Shown here: piece after piece, positions 11,458 through 23,236 of the stretch
Layout: each line of letters opens with the position of its first letter
Numbering within the stretch: position 1 is the stretch's first letter
Assembly (NCBI GenBank): GCA_030390025.1
Contig: CM059433.1
Location: 19,594,001-19,658,000 of the forward strand
Reading direction: 5' to 3'
Origin: Squalus acanthias
Taxonomy: Eukaryota
DNA length: 64,000 nt
Notes under the pieces: generated by a model
Seen by the model: only the letters and a program-made list of their open reading frames with translations
Databases searched by the model: none
Told to the model about the DNA's origin: nothing
Translations under genes and position numbers: made by a program

Positions 11458-12320
11458 AGTGTCTTTAAATAGGGGGTGTGGGGTACAGGATGAGTCCCTC
11501 CACCCAACTACATTCTGTGCTTCTGCTGAAGGCAGCCCTTTTCTATATAGATGAGATAAATATGCATTGCACAAGCAAATATTTGTGTTCCCTGAATGTG
11601 AAGTATCTTGCCTCCTGAAAGTTTGTCAGTACGTTTGACAGCTGACTGCATTGCACTTGTTTATTATATGTGTGAAGAATTAAAGTCAGCCTTCATCCTT
11701 TCCCAGCTGCACCAGTCTAGGTGTCTTTTTTGTCATGCAGTACTCATTCTCAACCTCTTTGAGTTGCATTTGGAGCAGGTTGGTGGATCAGTTTGAGTTA
11801 AGTGTACTGAGGTGATCAAGCAAACTTAAATGAGACCTGCCACTTACTTTGATTGGCATCAGTGACGACCTACATATTTAGCAGCCTCCATGTATGGCAG
11901 TTTTATTCATGCCCATTCTCATTTTGCACTTTAGCATTTCTTTTTTGTCTGACACCTTCCCCTCCCCTTCCAGTCTCTCCTGGTATGTGACCCCGCAGTG
12001 ACCTCCTATTTCATGTATTGCTGAGCATGTGTCACCTGGACAGCAGTAGCCTGCCCACCTGCTCTGCAGGCAGCATTTCCCTTGTCAAATGCGTCGAATC
12101 ATCGAATGTTGCAGCACGGAAACAGGCCATTTTGACCATAAAGTCAGGCTGAACGCCTTGTACGCATTCATCTGGTCTCTCGCAGTCTACCATGATCTGC
12201 AGCTCTTGAACTGTACACCTTCTGCATTTCTCTCTCTATTTCTCACAGAAAATGCGCGCTGCACCGCTGCGATTAGCTCACAGTGCCCTGTTTACGCTGG
12301 TCAAATCGCTGTTTTGCTCA

Positions 12321-12850
12321 TCAAGCTGCATTCTTACAGGTGCTTTCTGACTGAGCCCTCAGGTTTGTGCAATCAATCTTCTGGGAAGAACACGAGTAAA
12401 GCTGGCATCCTGGGCATGTGTGAGGAAAAAATGGACAAAAATCAATTCGACAGAGAGTGCCGTCCAACTGTAGCTGCAAGCCTGGTTCCAGAAGTTGACA
12501 CATTTCCAAGGTCGTATGCACAAGGAAGCGTGGCTCCACACTTAAATCCAAGTAGGTGACACTTTGATGGCATGCAGACTGCACTGGACAGTAATGTGTT
12601 CTGTCTGTCTGCTGTGCCCTGAAAGCTTGTTGGCTGTGTTCTGCCTCTCTTGCTACTCTTCGTTCTCCAAAGTGTCTCGCACTGCCACACTTGGTGCTAC
12701 AGCGTTCACTAATCGACTGCTCCTTTCGATTATGGCCAAGATTTTCTGCTTGTGCAGAATTAGGGTGCATCTCAGCCTGCCATCGCGACACATCTCTGAA
12801 CCTGGAAGATCTTCCAGCCTCCAAGTCATTGAAACATTATGAGCCAGCTT
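12321..12850 (-). pseudogene. Highly degenerate Harbinger transposase N-terminal remnant
   Basis: TYLDLSVEPRF..TTLEMCQLLEPGLQ aligns with SYIHLSEEQ..VTELCHLLQPDLQ of the 4148 transposase. Confidence 0.55.
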
Positions 12851-13279
12851 CCGAACCTTCACCAGGGAGTCCTGCTGGATTGGGGGTGGAGTTTTACTGC
12901 AACAGGCCTTAGACACCAGCCTCACCGTAGGGTTCAGGCTGCATTAAAAAGGGGCCAAATTGATGAAAAAAAATTCAGGTTTCCTCTTTGGCTTGTACGA
13001 TCCACGGTGAATTTTGGTCTTAAAACGATTGTGTTGACATTTTTTGAGATGGATTCTGGGGTGGGATTCACTTCTGCTGGGTTTCCATCTCATAATGGCA
13101 GTGCGTAGTTATCTATCACAGTCTGTGGCTTTCTTGAAGTGCATGTGCCGATGGTGTTCCGAGTGATTGCTGGAGTTACATAGAGCTTTAAAAGTGCCTT
13201 GCTTCTGACAGCCTGAGGTTTGCGTGGCTACTGGGATATATTTGCCCCCACCAATAGTAAGAGGTTCGGAGTTCCAGGT

Positions 13280-13658
13280 ATGGGATTGCCAATGAGCATA
13301 CCTTGTTAATGGAGGAGGAGCAGGAGAAGGACAGTGCGTGATTTTGTAGGGCCAAAGAAAAGATGAAGGAAAGAAGAGTGAGGCTTCAGATGAGGAGGAT
13401 GCGCTCTACAAGATATTACCTCTTCCCCAACGAATTTACAGACAAAACAGATCTCACAAACAACTCAGTGAGGACCTCTGTGTGAGAAGAGTGGATGTCA
13501 CCAAATAGACAATAGGTGACCTGTGCCAACTAATGCCTGAAGGCCTGCAGCCAATATTTTCAGGACTTCACTGCCTATGGCTGTGAAAGTAACGACTACA
13601 CTCAACCCTTATGCCACTGGGTCATTTCAAGTGGTCACAGGAATACTGTGGAATATCC
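13280..13658 (+). pseudogene. Degenerate Harbinger transposase N-terminal remnant
   Basis: Manual translation: QRIYRQ..QLSEDLCVRR..DLCQL..RTSLPMAVKVTTTLNPYATGSFQ, with stops and frameshifts. Confidence 0.75.
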
Positions 13659-13659
13659 T

Positions 13660-14332
13660 CCAGGGTGCCTCAGCTACTTACAATCTATATTAATGACTTA
13701 GATGAAGGGACTGACTGCAATGTATCCAAGTTTGCTGATAATACAAAGCTAGGTGTGAAAGTAAGCTGTGAGGAGGACACAAAGAACCTGCAAAGGGATA
13801 TGGACAGGTTAAGTGAGTGGGCAATAAGGTGGCAGATGGAGTATATTATGGTGAAATGTGAGGTTATTTAATTTTGTAGGAAGAATAAAAAAAAGAATAT
13901 TTTTTAAATGGTAAGAAACTATTAAATGTTGGTGTTCAGAGATATTTAGGTGTCCTCGTACAGGAAACACAGAAAGTTAGCATGCAGGTACAGCAAGCAA
14001 TTAGGAAGGCAAATGGCATGTTGGCCTTTATTGAAAGCGGGTTGGAGTACAAGAGTAAGGAAGTCTACTACAATTGTACAGGGCTTTGGTGAGACCACAC
14101 CTGGAGTACTGTGCACAGTTTTGGTCTCCTTATCTGAAGAAGGACATATTTGCCTTAGAGGCGGTGCAACAAAGGTTCACTAGATTGATCCCTGGGATGA
14201 GAGGATTGTCCTATGAGGAGAGATTGAGTAGATTAGGCCTATACTCTCTGGATTTTAGAAGAATGAGAGGTGATCTCATTGAAACATACAAGATTCTGAA
14301 CGGGATTGACAGGATATATGCTGTGAGGTTGT
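13660..14332 (+). mobile_element. CR1 RT fragment
   Basis: [50 protein letters not shown]. Confidence 0.9.
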
Positions 14333-14334
14333 TA

Positions 14335-14463
14335 CCTTCACCACAAGGACTGCAGCGGTTCAAAAAGGTGGCTCACCACCACCTTCTCAAGGGCAATTAG
14401 AGATGGGCAATAAATGCTGGCCTTGCCAGCGAAGCCCACATCTCATGAACGAATAAAATAAAA
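14335..14463 (+). mobile_element. 3' end of a second CR1-group LINE family
   Basis: ggactgcagcggttcaa..gctcaccaccaccttctc..gatgggcaataaatgctggcc; same tail in reverse at 33909-34010. Confidence 0.7.
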
Positions 14464-14521
14464 CAGTGTTGCTGCCCAAGGCAGAGAAATATATATAAAT
14501 GCAAATTGTTGTTGTTGTTGT

Positions 14522-14800
14522 TACCTTGCCTTACTTCATCTGGTCGCTGACATTTTGCAGTACTGGTCTGCAGTTGTGGGGTTGGGAGAGGTGGCACTCG
14601 GTGCCAGTGTCACTCTTTCCACACTTTTTTGAGGTTTCCTCTCATGGGCACGCAACAGTCTTTCTCTCCTTTGCTGCAGTCATCCAGCAGTGCCTGGAGA
14701 TCAGTCTCATTAAAATTACGTGCTCTTCTTTTCTGCCTCTTTCCAATGCCATGCACCCTTCTTTGGGTGACTCTGCCCACTCCTCCACTTGAAGACATTC
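14522..14800 (-). pseudogene. Myb/SANT-like Harbinger partner gene remnant
   Basis: KRRARNFNETDLQALLD..KKVWKE resembles the MSANTD/Myb_DNA-bind pattern (R.RNF...E...LL...W). Confidence 0.6.
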
Positions 14801-15014
14801 TTTAAAGGTGCCACAAAATCTCGCATCTATTACAGCTACCTGATGGGCTATTCAGATCATTTAATACTTATCTGCTGCTCCCCCAGCCTGCTGCTATTTA
14901 TCTTCAACCATTCTTGGCCTTTTAACAGCTGCAATAATCGATTTCCAGCTCCTGCAGCATAGTGCTCCTGTGTTAGATAGAAGTTGCGCTCAGCCAATGT
15001 CAATGAATATTTAA

Positions 15015-15325
15015 TAAAAATAGAAACTGCTGGAAATACTCAGCAGGTCAGGTAGCATCTGTGGAGAGAGGAGCAGAGTTAATGTTTCAGGTCGATGACC
15101 TTTTGTCAGAACTAGAAGATGTTAGAGATGCATCAGCTTTTTAAGCAAATACAGAGCCAGGGAAAAGGGGGCAGGAAAAGAACAAAAGGGAAGGCCTGTG
15201 ATATGATAGGATGGAAGGCAGGAGAGATTAAATGACAGAAGGCGAAAGTTCAAGGCGAAAAGAGGTGATAATGGGACAAATAAAGAAACAAAAGATGGGT
15301 CCAGAGGATGTGTTAAATCGTTGCA
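15015..15325 (-). mobile_element. Penelope-like pLTR fragment with decayed hammerhead
   Basis: Homologous to 62400-62600; ribozyme core reads CTGACAA..GAAACATT (CpG decay). Confidence 0.8.
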
Positions 15326-15394
15326 GAAGAATAGCAGAGGCGGATGGAAGCATGCAAAATCTGGCTAAGAGGAAGCGCCCATGGCCCTGGAATG

Positions 15395-15985
15395 TCTCTC
15401 TCTCTCTCTCTCTTAGGCAGTCCCTCGGAACCAAGGATGACTTGCTTCCACACTAAAAATGAGTTCTCAGGTGACTGATGAGTCCAATGTGGGGCCTACA
15501 GTCTCTGTCACAGGTGGGGCAGACGGTGGCTGAAGGGGCGGGTGGGTGGGGTGCTTGGGTTGACGTGCGCTCCTTCCGCTGTTTGCGCTTGGCTTCCGCT
15601 TGCTCCCGGCGAAGAGGCTCGAGGTGTTCAGCGCCTTCCCGGATGCTTCTCCTGCCCTTTGTGCGGTCTTGGGCCAGGGATTCCCAGGTGTCGGTGGGGA
15701 TGTTGCACTTTTCAAGGAGGCTTTGAGGGTGTCCTTGAAGCGTTTCCTCTGCCCACCTGGGGCTCTCTTGCCGTGTCGGAGCTCTGAGTAGAGCGCTTGT
15801 TTTGGGAGTCTCGTATTGGGCATGCAGACGATGTGGCCTGTCCATTGGAACTGATCGAGCGTGGTCAAAGCTTTGATGCTGGGGATGTTGGCCTGAACGA
15901 GAACACTGACGTTGTTGCGCCTATCCTGCCAATGGATTTGCAGGATCTTGCGGAGGCAGCATTGGTGGTACCTCTCCAGGATGTG
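15395..15985 (-). mobile_element. RTE-clade LINE 3' fragment
   Basis: LERYHQCCLRKILQIHWQD..WTGHIVCMPNTRLPKQALYSEL..GGQRKRFKDTLK..CPTCDRDC..HIGLISHLRTH (C2H2); (GA)n tail. Confidence 0.9.
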
Positions 15986-16250
15986 GCAGAAGAAAGGCAG
16001 GTAAGTCGTATCGTCAACTCGAGTTGACCATATGACTGAAACCATGAAACATAGATACAAAAAGACGGTCGTAACCTTTAACATTATCGTGTTCAGGTTG
16101 TTAAGTCAGGACTGCAGCCAACCATGAAGGACGCATCAATCGCGAGGTCCCGCACAGGCCGCTCACCAGGTGCTGCTGCTGGAAGAGAAATCGCGCAAGC
16201 GCAGCCGTGAATTTAAAGGGCCCCCTCACAAAAAAATTAGAGGGAACATT
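15986..16250. mobile_element. One end of a hAT-type non-autonomous element
   Basis: Ends in ttagagggaacatt, the reverse complement of a CAATGTTCCCTCTAA-type hAT TIR as I recall it; partner TIR not found. Confidence 0.45.
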
Positions 16251-16589
16251 TATCAAGGGGTGGTTTCAAATTAACTACCGTATACGTGCCTGCCGCCATT
16301 TTTACAGCGGTAGGTTGCGAGGTGTGCCTGTGTCCCATCTTGGAGAGGCGGGACATTTGATTGTTATATTTAAATCAGGCTCCCTCTGTGCAGTTGGGAG
16401 CCTGATTTAAATTTAATGGTTGATGGCCGGGTTTCCTAGTACTCAGGAAACCCAGCAATAAAATGGAGACGGGAGCTGCCGGCTGCAGAAGGCAAGTGCT
16501 TTTTAGAGCACTTTTTGTGGGCCAGGAGGAACAGGAGTTCTTCCCCCGGCTCTCAAGCAAACCTTCTGCCGATTGAGGCCTCTCCTCGT

Positions 16590-16895
16590 ACCGTGATCGG
16601 CTGACCGCTACCCCCACCAAACCCTGATCTCGAGCATCCTGCCCCGCGATCTGCCCCCCCCCAATCCACCCCAACCCACGATCTCGAGCCTCCTACCCCA
16701 CGATCTGACCCCCCCCAATCCCCCCCAACCCGCGATCTCGAGCCTCCTGCCCCCCAATCGGCCGACCCCCCCCAATCCCCCCAACCCGCGATCTGCCCCC
16801 CCATCCCCCCCAACCCGCGATCTCGAGCCTCCTGCCCCACAATCTGCCCCCCAATCCCCCCAACCCGCGATTTCGAGCCTCCTGCCCACAATCTT
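16590..16895. repeat. C-rich minisatellite (modules ccccaatccccccaacccgcgatct and cgagcctcctgcccc)
   Basis: Irregular tandem units of ~27-45 bp visible directly. Confidence 0.85.
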
Positions 16896-17117
16896 TTCCT
16901 CCCTCCCATTTGCTGGTCCGACCTCCACCTACATCCCGTGATCTTTCTCTCACTCGTTTCCTCTGGATTGCCGGGCTCCAACCACCGCCCACCGCCCCCC
17001 ACCCACCAGCACACAATCATTCCCGATTGCCAGGAATCGTCCCCAACAATACCCGACTGCTGCCTTCTGCCAATGGCTTTTCCGTCTGGCAGCCAGCCAG
17101 CCTGTCAATCTGGCAAT

Positions 17118-17635
17118 AAAAACAGAAAATGCTGGAGAAACTCAGCAGGTCAGGCAGCATCTGTGAAGAGAGAAACAGAGTCAACGTTTCAGGTCGATGA
17201 CCTTCCGTCAGAACTGGAAATAAGCAGGAAATGGAACAGATTTTTAACTCCCGTCGGAGAGAAGAGCAGAACTTCTTCAAGGTGGGCATTCCTGGAAGAG
17301 AGGTGGCAGTGAATTAAACACTAATACAAAAAGAAAATACTGCAGTTGGTGGAAATCTGAAATAAAAACAGAAAATGCTGGAAACACTCAGCAGGTCAGG
17401 CAGCATCTGTGAAGAGAGAAACAGAGTTAACGTTTCAGGTCCATGACCTTTCAGAAGAAGTTCTGCTCTTCTCTCCGACGGGAGTTAAAAACCTGTTCCA
17501 TTTCCTGCTTTTTTCCAGTTCTGACGAAAGGTTGACTCTGTTTCTCTCTTCACAGATGCTGCCTGACCTGCTGAGTTTCTCCAGCATTTTCTGCTTTTAT
17601 TTCAGATTTCCAGCATCTGCAGTATTTTCTTTTTG
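17118..17635. mobile_element. Non-autonomous PLE derivative: tandem 246-nt units on minus strand plus an inverted copy
   Basis: cagaaaatgctgg at 17123 and 17369; inverted copy ~17452-17635; 15-bp TSD tgtcaatctggcaat (17103-17117 / 17636-17650). Confidence 0.85.
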
Positions 17636-18129
17636 TGTCAATCTGGCAATCTGGTCAGCTGCCGGGCGGGAAATGGAATAATATATGATAATGAGGTCCT
17701 GCCGCCCTGGGGATCCCCCCGCCATGGGCTCCCCGCTCCCTCCCAGCCTCCCCGATCGGGGCCATAGACTTTGACACCTGGGCACAAAGCTGGGCAAGAG
17801 AGAAGAGAAGTTATGATTCATTGACAACTGTTGTCATTTCATTGGACAAATGAGGGCTATTCAACAAAGATCCAGATTCACCCAAGTAATGTAGGTGTGA
17901 AACTTTTTGTGGCCAAAGTGGAGGAAGCATTCAGGGTTTCTTTAAACCAATTAGGTTCGCGAAAGGTGAAAGTCCAACCACTGAGAGTGCTAGTTTGGAC
18001 AATGCAAATTATAATTCATCTGTTGAGGGTGGACAAAAGGATGCAATCCAGGCACTAAATTACACCAAATTATCTGGGGGTTTAACCAAGTGTTTCCAAT
18101 TGAAAGACCAGCAGCTATATGCCATTACT

Positions 18130-18960
18130 AAACATCTTGTACACCGACAACCCTGACAGAAATGTGGCTGGGTTCTGAATTTACCGCACCTGGGTGCACA
18201 TTGTTTGGGTTGCATGGGGAAGAGATTAGCGTGACTAATTTTGTTAAGAAAGAAATAGAAGGAGTGTTGTATTGTAAGTGTTGTAAGTGGGGAAACATTC
18301 TGATTCTAACTGGAGTTCATCAGAAATACTCGAGTGCTTTGGGAATATGTGACAGACCGCCAAGCTAAGAGATGGAGGGGATTCTAAAGCTGCGTAATGA
18401 AATCAGTAAGGTATCCAATGAAGGGAAGGTAGTAATGATGGGAGAGTTAAATTATCTGCTTAGAAGATGGATAAATGAGGGGCAGGCACCAGAAATGAAA
18501 GGTCTCTGAGAGGCTTTTATAGATACAATCAATGATTGCTCCTTCAATCATTCTGTGGGGACTAGTATTCAGTCATGAGCCATAGTTAATTGTTGACCCA
18601 GATCTGGGGGAAGCATCTTGCAGATTTTAACCACTCCAGTACAAGATTTGGTGATGAAATAAGTTTACAGATAGTAATGAGTTGGTACCACGTTATAAAA
18701 AGGCGTGGTTTACAGAAATGAGATTTGGTGGCGGTTAAGTGAGAGGGCGAGCTGGGTAGAGATAACTGCAACATACACGACAAAGGGATGCTTAAAAAAT
18801 TCTAAATTAAAAAGCTAAAATTGAACTAAAATTAAGGAGGATAGTGGAAAATAGTCAAAATCACGGGAAAACAATTTTGGCTTATGTTAGGAGTTTAAGT
18901 CAGTTTAGGAGTAAATGGGATCATTGCCGGATCATGAATGACAAAGGCATAACTAAAGAG
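18130..18960 (+). mobile_element. Old degenerate CR1 endonuclease/linker fragments (continuing ~19700-20000)
   Basis: Remnants resembling GVCYRPP, MGDFNY, and LTNL..F..DFQ.AFDKVPH at ~19815-19920. Confidence 0.55.
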
Positions 18961-19139
18961 GAGGCTCTCTTGACCTGGAAATGTGGTGGAAGAAAGGCAG
19001 GTAGACTTCAGGGATGCGGATCATCCTGCCAGCGTGCACTGGTAGGGGATCCCCACCCCAAGCACCAGTCCACATCTCCTCCACTCCCAGTGGCTCTGGT
19101 GCCGCCATCCTCCATTACCAGCACGTGCTGTCCGAGATT

Positions 19140-19695
19140 AAGGTCTAAAGTTGTTAAACTCAATGTCAAGGCCAGAAGGCTATAAAGTGCCTAGAAGAAC
19201 GATGAGGTGCTGTTCCTCAAGTTTGCATTGAGCTTCATTGGAACAGTGCAGGAGGCCAAGGGCAGAGGGGTCAGATTGGAATGGAGAATTAAAGTGGCAA
19301 GCAACCAGAAGCTCTGGGTCACGCTTGCAGACTGAACGGAGGTGTTCAGCAAAGCGATCACCCAATCTGAATTGTCTCCCCAAGGTACAGGAGATAGCAT
19401 CGAGAGCAGTGAATACAGTATACTAAATTGGAAGAGGTACAAGTAAATCGCTGTTTCACCCGGAACGCGTATTCGGTAGGAAGGGAAAAGATGAAAGAGC
19501 GGGTGTTACATCTCTTGCACTTGCACAGAAAGGTGCCGGGGATGGGGAGCAAATGTTGGGGTGATGGAAGAATGGACTAGGTTGTCATGGAGGGAACGGT
19601 CCCTTCGGAATACTGAAAGGGGAGGGTGCATTTGGTGGTGGCATCATGCTGGAAATGGCGGAGGATGATCCATTGAATTAAAGGCTGGTGGGGTG
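19140..19695 (-). mobile_element. Penelope-like GIY-YIG region fragment
   Basis: KQRFTCTSSNLVYCIHCSRCYLLYLGET, RLGDRFAEHLRSV..VACHFN..KLEEQHLI; frameshifted. Confidence 0.9.
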
Positions 19696-21654
19696 AGTCG
19701 AAGTTCTGTGATGGGGAGGTTAATAGGGAGCATCGTTAGAGATGCTATAAACCATCAACTGGACTGCACAGGGCTGATGGGGATACCTAACTTGGCTTCG
19801 AAGAAGAGGTCATGTTTGACAAACTTGATCCAGTTTTTTTTGAAGAACTCACTGGAATGGTGAATCAAACAGATTCCATAGATTTTGGATTTTCAAAGCA
19901 GCTTTTGATAAAGTACCTCATAAGGAATGGTGTGCAAAAATTAGATCCCATGGTGTGAATGGCATGACTGATAAGAAATTGGGTGAGGGACTGCAATTGA
20001 ATAATTGGGATATGTTTTGTTAGAAGTATTTAATTTGTTAATCTACATCTACTCTTTTTAAATTTGGGATTTTTAAAATAAAATAATGGATTCTATCAGG
20101 TTTATGTTTATAATGTGCTTTCTCAGCTGAAGATCACCAAAGTAGCTAGCCATCAAGAACCACATCAAATTAATAATTGATATGGAAAGATGAAAGGCAC
20201 CATGCTACATTTGCTTTTGTAAAGTGTGGATTAAAGCAAAACATCATACTGATGCATTCCCAATGGAGAGCACAAGTGCTTAAAGGAAAAGATGTTACAA
20301 TGACTGCTGGGAAGTACACAGGGGTAATGTGAGTAGATAAAGCCTTTGACATCCCCTTTGTTCTAGCAGAGGAAGCACTCACTTACACAAACATCTCCTC
20401 AGACAGCCCGAGCTAAAACATATCCCAACACTCCATGGAAGAATTGTTCAATGAACTAACATGCAATTGAGCCCTGGCTAATACTATTTCATACTACTTT
20501 ATATCTACAAGTTCATTTAGTATCAGTTAGGTTCTAGACGAGAGTTTTCATAACAATTTTTTATACTGCCTAGGAGGAGTAAAGTAAGATAGCACAGGAA
20601 ATAAAGCCAGTCCTGAAGCCTACTTTTCCCAATATACAAAGTGACATTTGCATTATCATGTACTCTATTCCGCTCCCAAAGGAAATTGAACAAATGTCGA
20701 CAAGATCAATTTAACATTACAGTCTATACTCAATAATGACTACTTGTTTTACACCAATAATCTGGATTCAAATCCTCAACACAAATTGGCAAATGTGCCT
20801 GCAATACAAAACCGCGGGAGGCATTTGAGTTTTATGAGGCAGACGAGGACCTAATACTATTCCCGTCAAACCCTTCTTGTTACATTTTGTTGATAATGTA
20901 GCTATTGTTTATTTATTAAACAGTGTAGAACCCTTTGTCTTATCACAATGCCATGGGACATCTGCTAGTAATATGTTAAAAATGTTATGTATTGTGTACA
21001 CCCCTATGCTTATAGCTGTAACTTCTAAAGCGCTTAAAAAAAATAAAGCCATTGATGCTTACAGCAGAAACCAGCTTTTAGCAGCACAAGGGTGTGAGGA
21101 TATGGATCAGGGTTTGGGCCAGTGAAGGTGCATGGGTCCTGAATGGGACTTGGGCTGGTGGGGACCTGGATGGTAATGTTTCAGGTGGCAGGGTTAGGTC
21201 ATCGGACAGTGGGAGCTCTAGCTGAGGGGCAAGGCAGAGGGAGGGAGTTGCGGTTGCCAGTGGGGTTTAGTGTCTGGGCGGGAGGTGAAGTGGCTGGTGG
21301 TGTTTCAGGATTATTAGTTGCATAAATGAAATAGTGCTTTTCTATTTGCCGCCTCTCACTAGTAGCCAACTGCAGCTCCAATCGCCACCCAGCAACTTGT
21401 CATCCTGCAACCCTGGCTGGACCCCTTCACCAAGTGGCCATTGGAAAAGGTGGCCTGCTGCCCCTAGATTATGTGCTCAAGTTCTGGAGTAGGTCTTGAA
21501 CCCGCAACTTTCTGACTCCGAGGTAAGAATGCTACCACAGGGCCTAATTGGCACTTGTACAATGGCTTGACTGAGTGAAACTCTACTTCAGGACCATTGT
21601 CAGCAAGTTATTGCCATAAAGGATGATTCACTTTTGGGCAACAAACCTCGGGAA

Positions 21655-22157
21655 AAATATATTGACCTTGGAAAGGGTACAGCGCAGATTCACCAGAATT
21701 ATACCAGGGCTTAAAGGGTTAAACTATGAGGACAGTTTTGCATAAACTTGGCTTGTATTCCCTTGAGTTTAGAAGGTTGAGGAGTGATCTAATCAAGGTA
21801 TTTTAAATGATTAAGGAGTTTGACAGGATATATACAGAGAAACTATTTCCTCTGGTGGGGAAATACAGAACAAGGGGGCATAATCTTAAAATTAGAATTA
21901 GGACATTTAGGAGGGAAATCATGAAACACTTTGCACACAAGGGGTAGTGGAAATCCAGAACTCGCTCCCCCAAAAAGGCTATGGATGCTGAGTCAATTGA
22001 ATTTTTCAAGACTGAGATTGATAGATTTTTGTTAAGTAAGGGTATCAAGGGATATGGACCAAAGGTGAGTAAATGGAGTTGAGGTCATATCAGCCATAAT
22101 CTAATTGAATGGCAGAACAGGCTCAGGAACTAAATGGCCTGCTCGTGCTCCTATGTT
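21655..22157 (+). mobile_element. CR1 3' fragment
   Basis: LERVQRRFTRIIPGL..RGHNLKI and CR1 3'UTR; a partial antisense tRNA-SINE head lies at ~21462-21550. Confidence 0.85.
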
Positions 22158-22341
22158 AATATTTGAAATGGATTTCCAGGTAATGCAGTGAATGATCTTG
22201 AGCCATTTAAGACATAATTGGTGCTGTAAATGTTTCTGGATGGAGGAGCTAAAATGGGCAGTGTGGCTTTCTCCGTCCATCTTTACCTTGTGAATACGCA
22301 GATACTATTCCACCATGCAAGCACTGTTACGGGAAGTCATA

Positions 22342-22802
22342 GGGCTGGATTTTGAATGACCCATGGAGTCGGGTTTGGAGGCGTGTGGGGGGTTAAATTT
22401 GCGGGGTTGGGGGGTCCCGACCCCATCCCGACTCCATCCCACCTCCACGCAATTTTAACAAAATCAGTCATGGGGTTCCCGACTCCGTCCCGCCTCCAAG
22501 AGGCGGGAGAGGCCATTAAAGCCCTTAACAAGCCCTAAATTGGCTCTGTAATGCCATGTTGAAACGTTTTAGCTAGTTTAAACGTTTTCCGACGTGAAGC
22601 ACGCCTGGTGTGAAACACTCCAGTGAAACCTGGCGGGAGCACAAGTGGATAGCTGACTATCGGCTGCAGGTCCACTATTACAACGGAGATGTGATGAAGG
22701 TAGTAGTAGTATTAGGTCTGAAAGTCGCCTCTGATGCTGCTACATTGAATATCTTTAGAGACTGCATGGCCTTTGCTGTGAGAGGACTTGGATGCAAAAA
22801 AT

Positions 22803-22842
<40 letters not shown>

Positions 22843-23115
22843 CGCCACCCCCATCCAGGTCCACTCACATCAAAAGCCAGGCTCCTCTCTCACCAACAGC
22901 CAGACAATCTCTGAGACCAGTCAGCAATGATGACATCATCAGAGGCGACTTTCAGACTCAAACCACTAATTAGTTCATGGGTTCCCACATGCTGGAACTC
23001 AATTGCCCAATTCAGTGAAAATTGCATCATTGATCCACATTAATCTGGAGTCGGGTGGGGAACACGAAATGCGGATAACACGACCCTAACCCGACCCCAA
23101 GACAAAATCCAGCCC
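22342..23115. mobile_element. Harbinger-type MITE family A, copy 2
   Basis: TIR GGGCTGGATTTTG; ATA TSD; internal (CT)n. Confidence 0.92.
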
Positions 23116-23236
23116 ATAGTGTTTCACAGAATACGGTATCATCTCTGCCTGTGCTAATCATTATAACCTTCAATTGCATTCTTTAACAAATATTCGCCAT
23201 CTCCTTTTTAAAGGAATTAATTGTTAAAACATAAAT

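Larger units (their letters stand above)
16257..17770. mobile_element. GC-rich Harbinger-derived non-autonomous element (ends uncertain) hosting a minisatellite and a PLE insertion
   Basis: Shares the ccaggaggarcaggagt motif with the TIR-bounded element at 23237-24967; CpG-rich; TIRs not clearly resolved. Confidence 0.45.

Noticed and set aside
10937..11472. Poly-Pro / poly-Gly ORFs
   Set aside because: Translations of the G tract and (CT)n inside a MITE.
16375..17020. Gly-rich repetitive ORFs, or a CRISPR-like array
   Set aside because: Product of a C-rich minisatellite; no unique spacers and a eukaryotic context.
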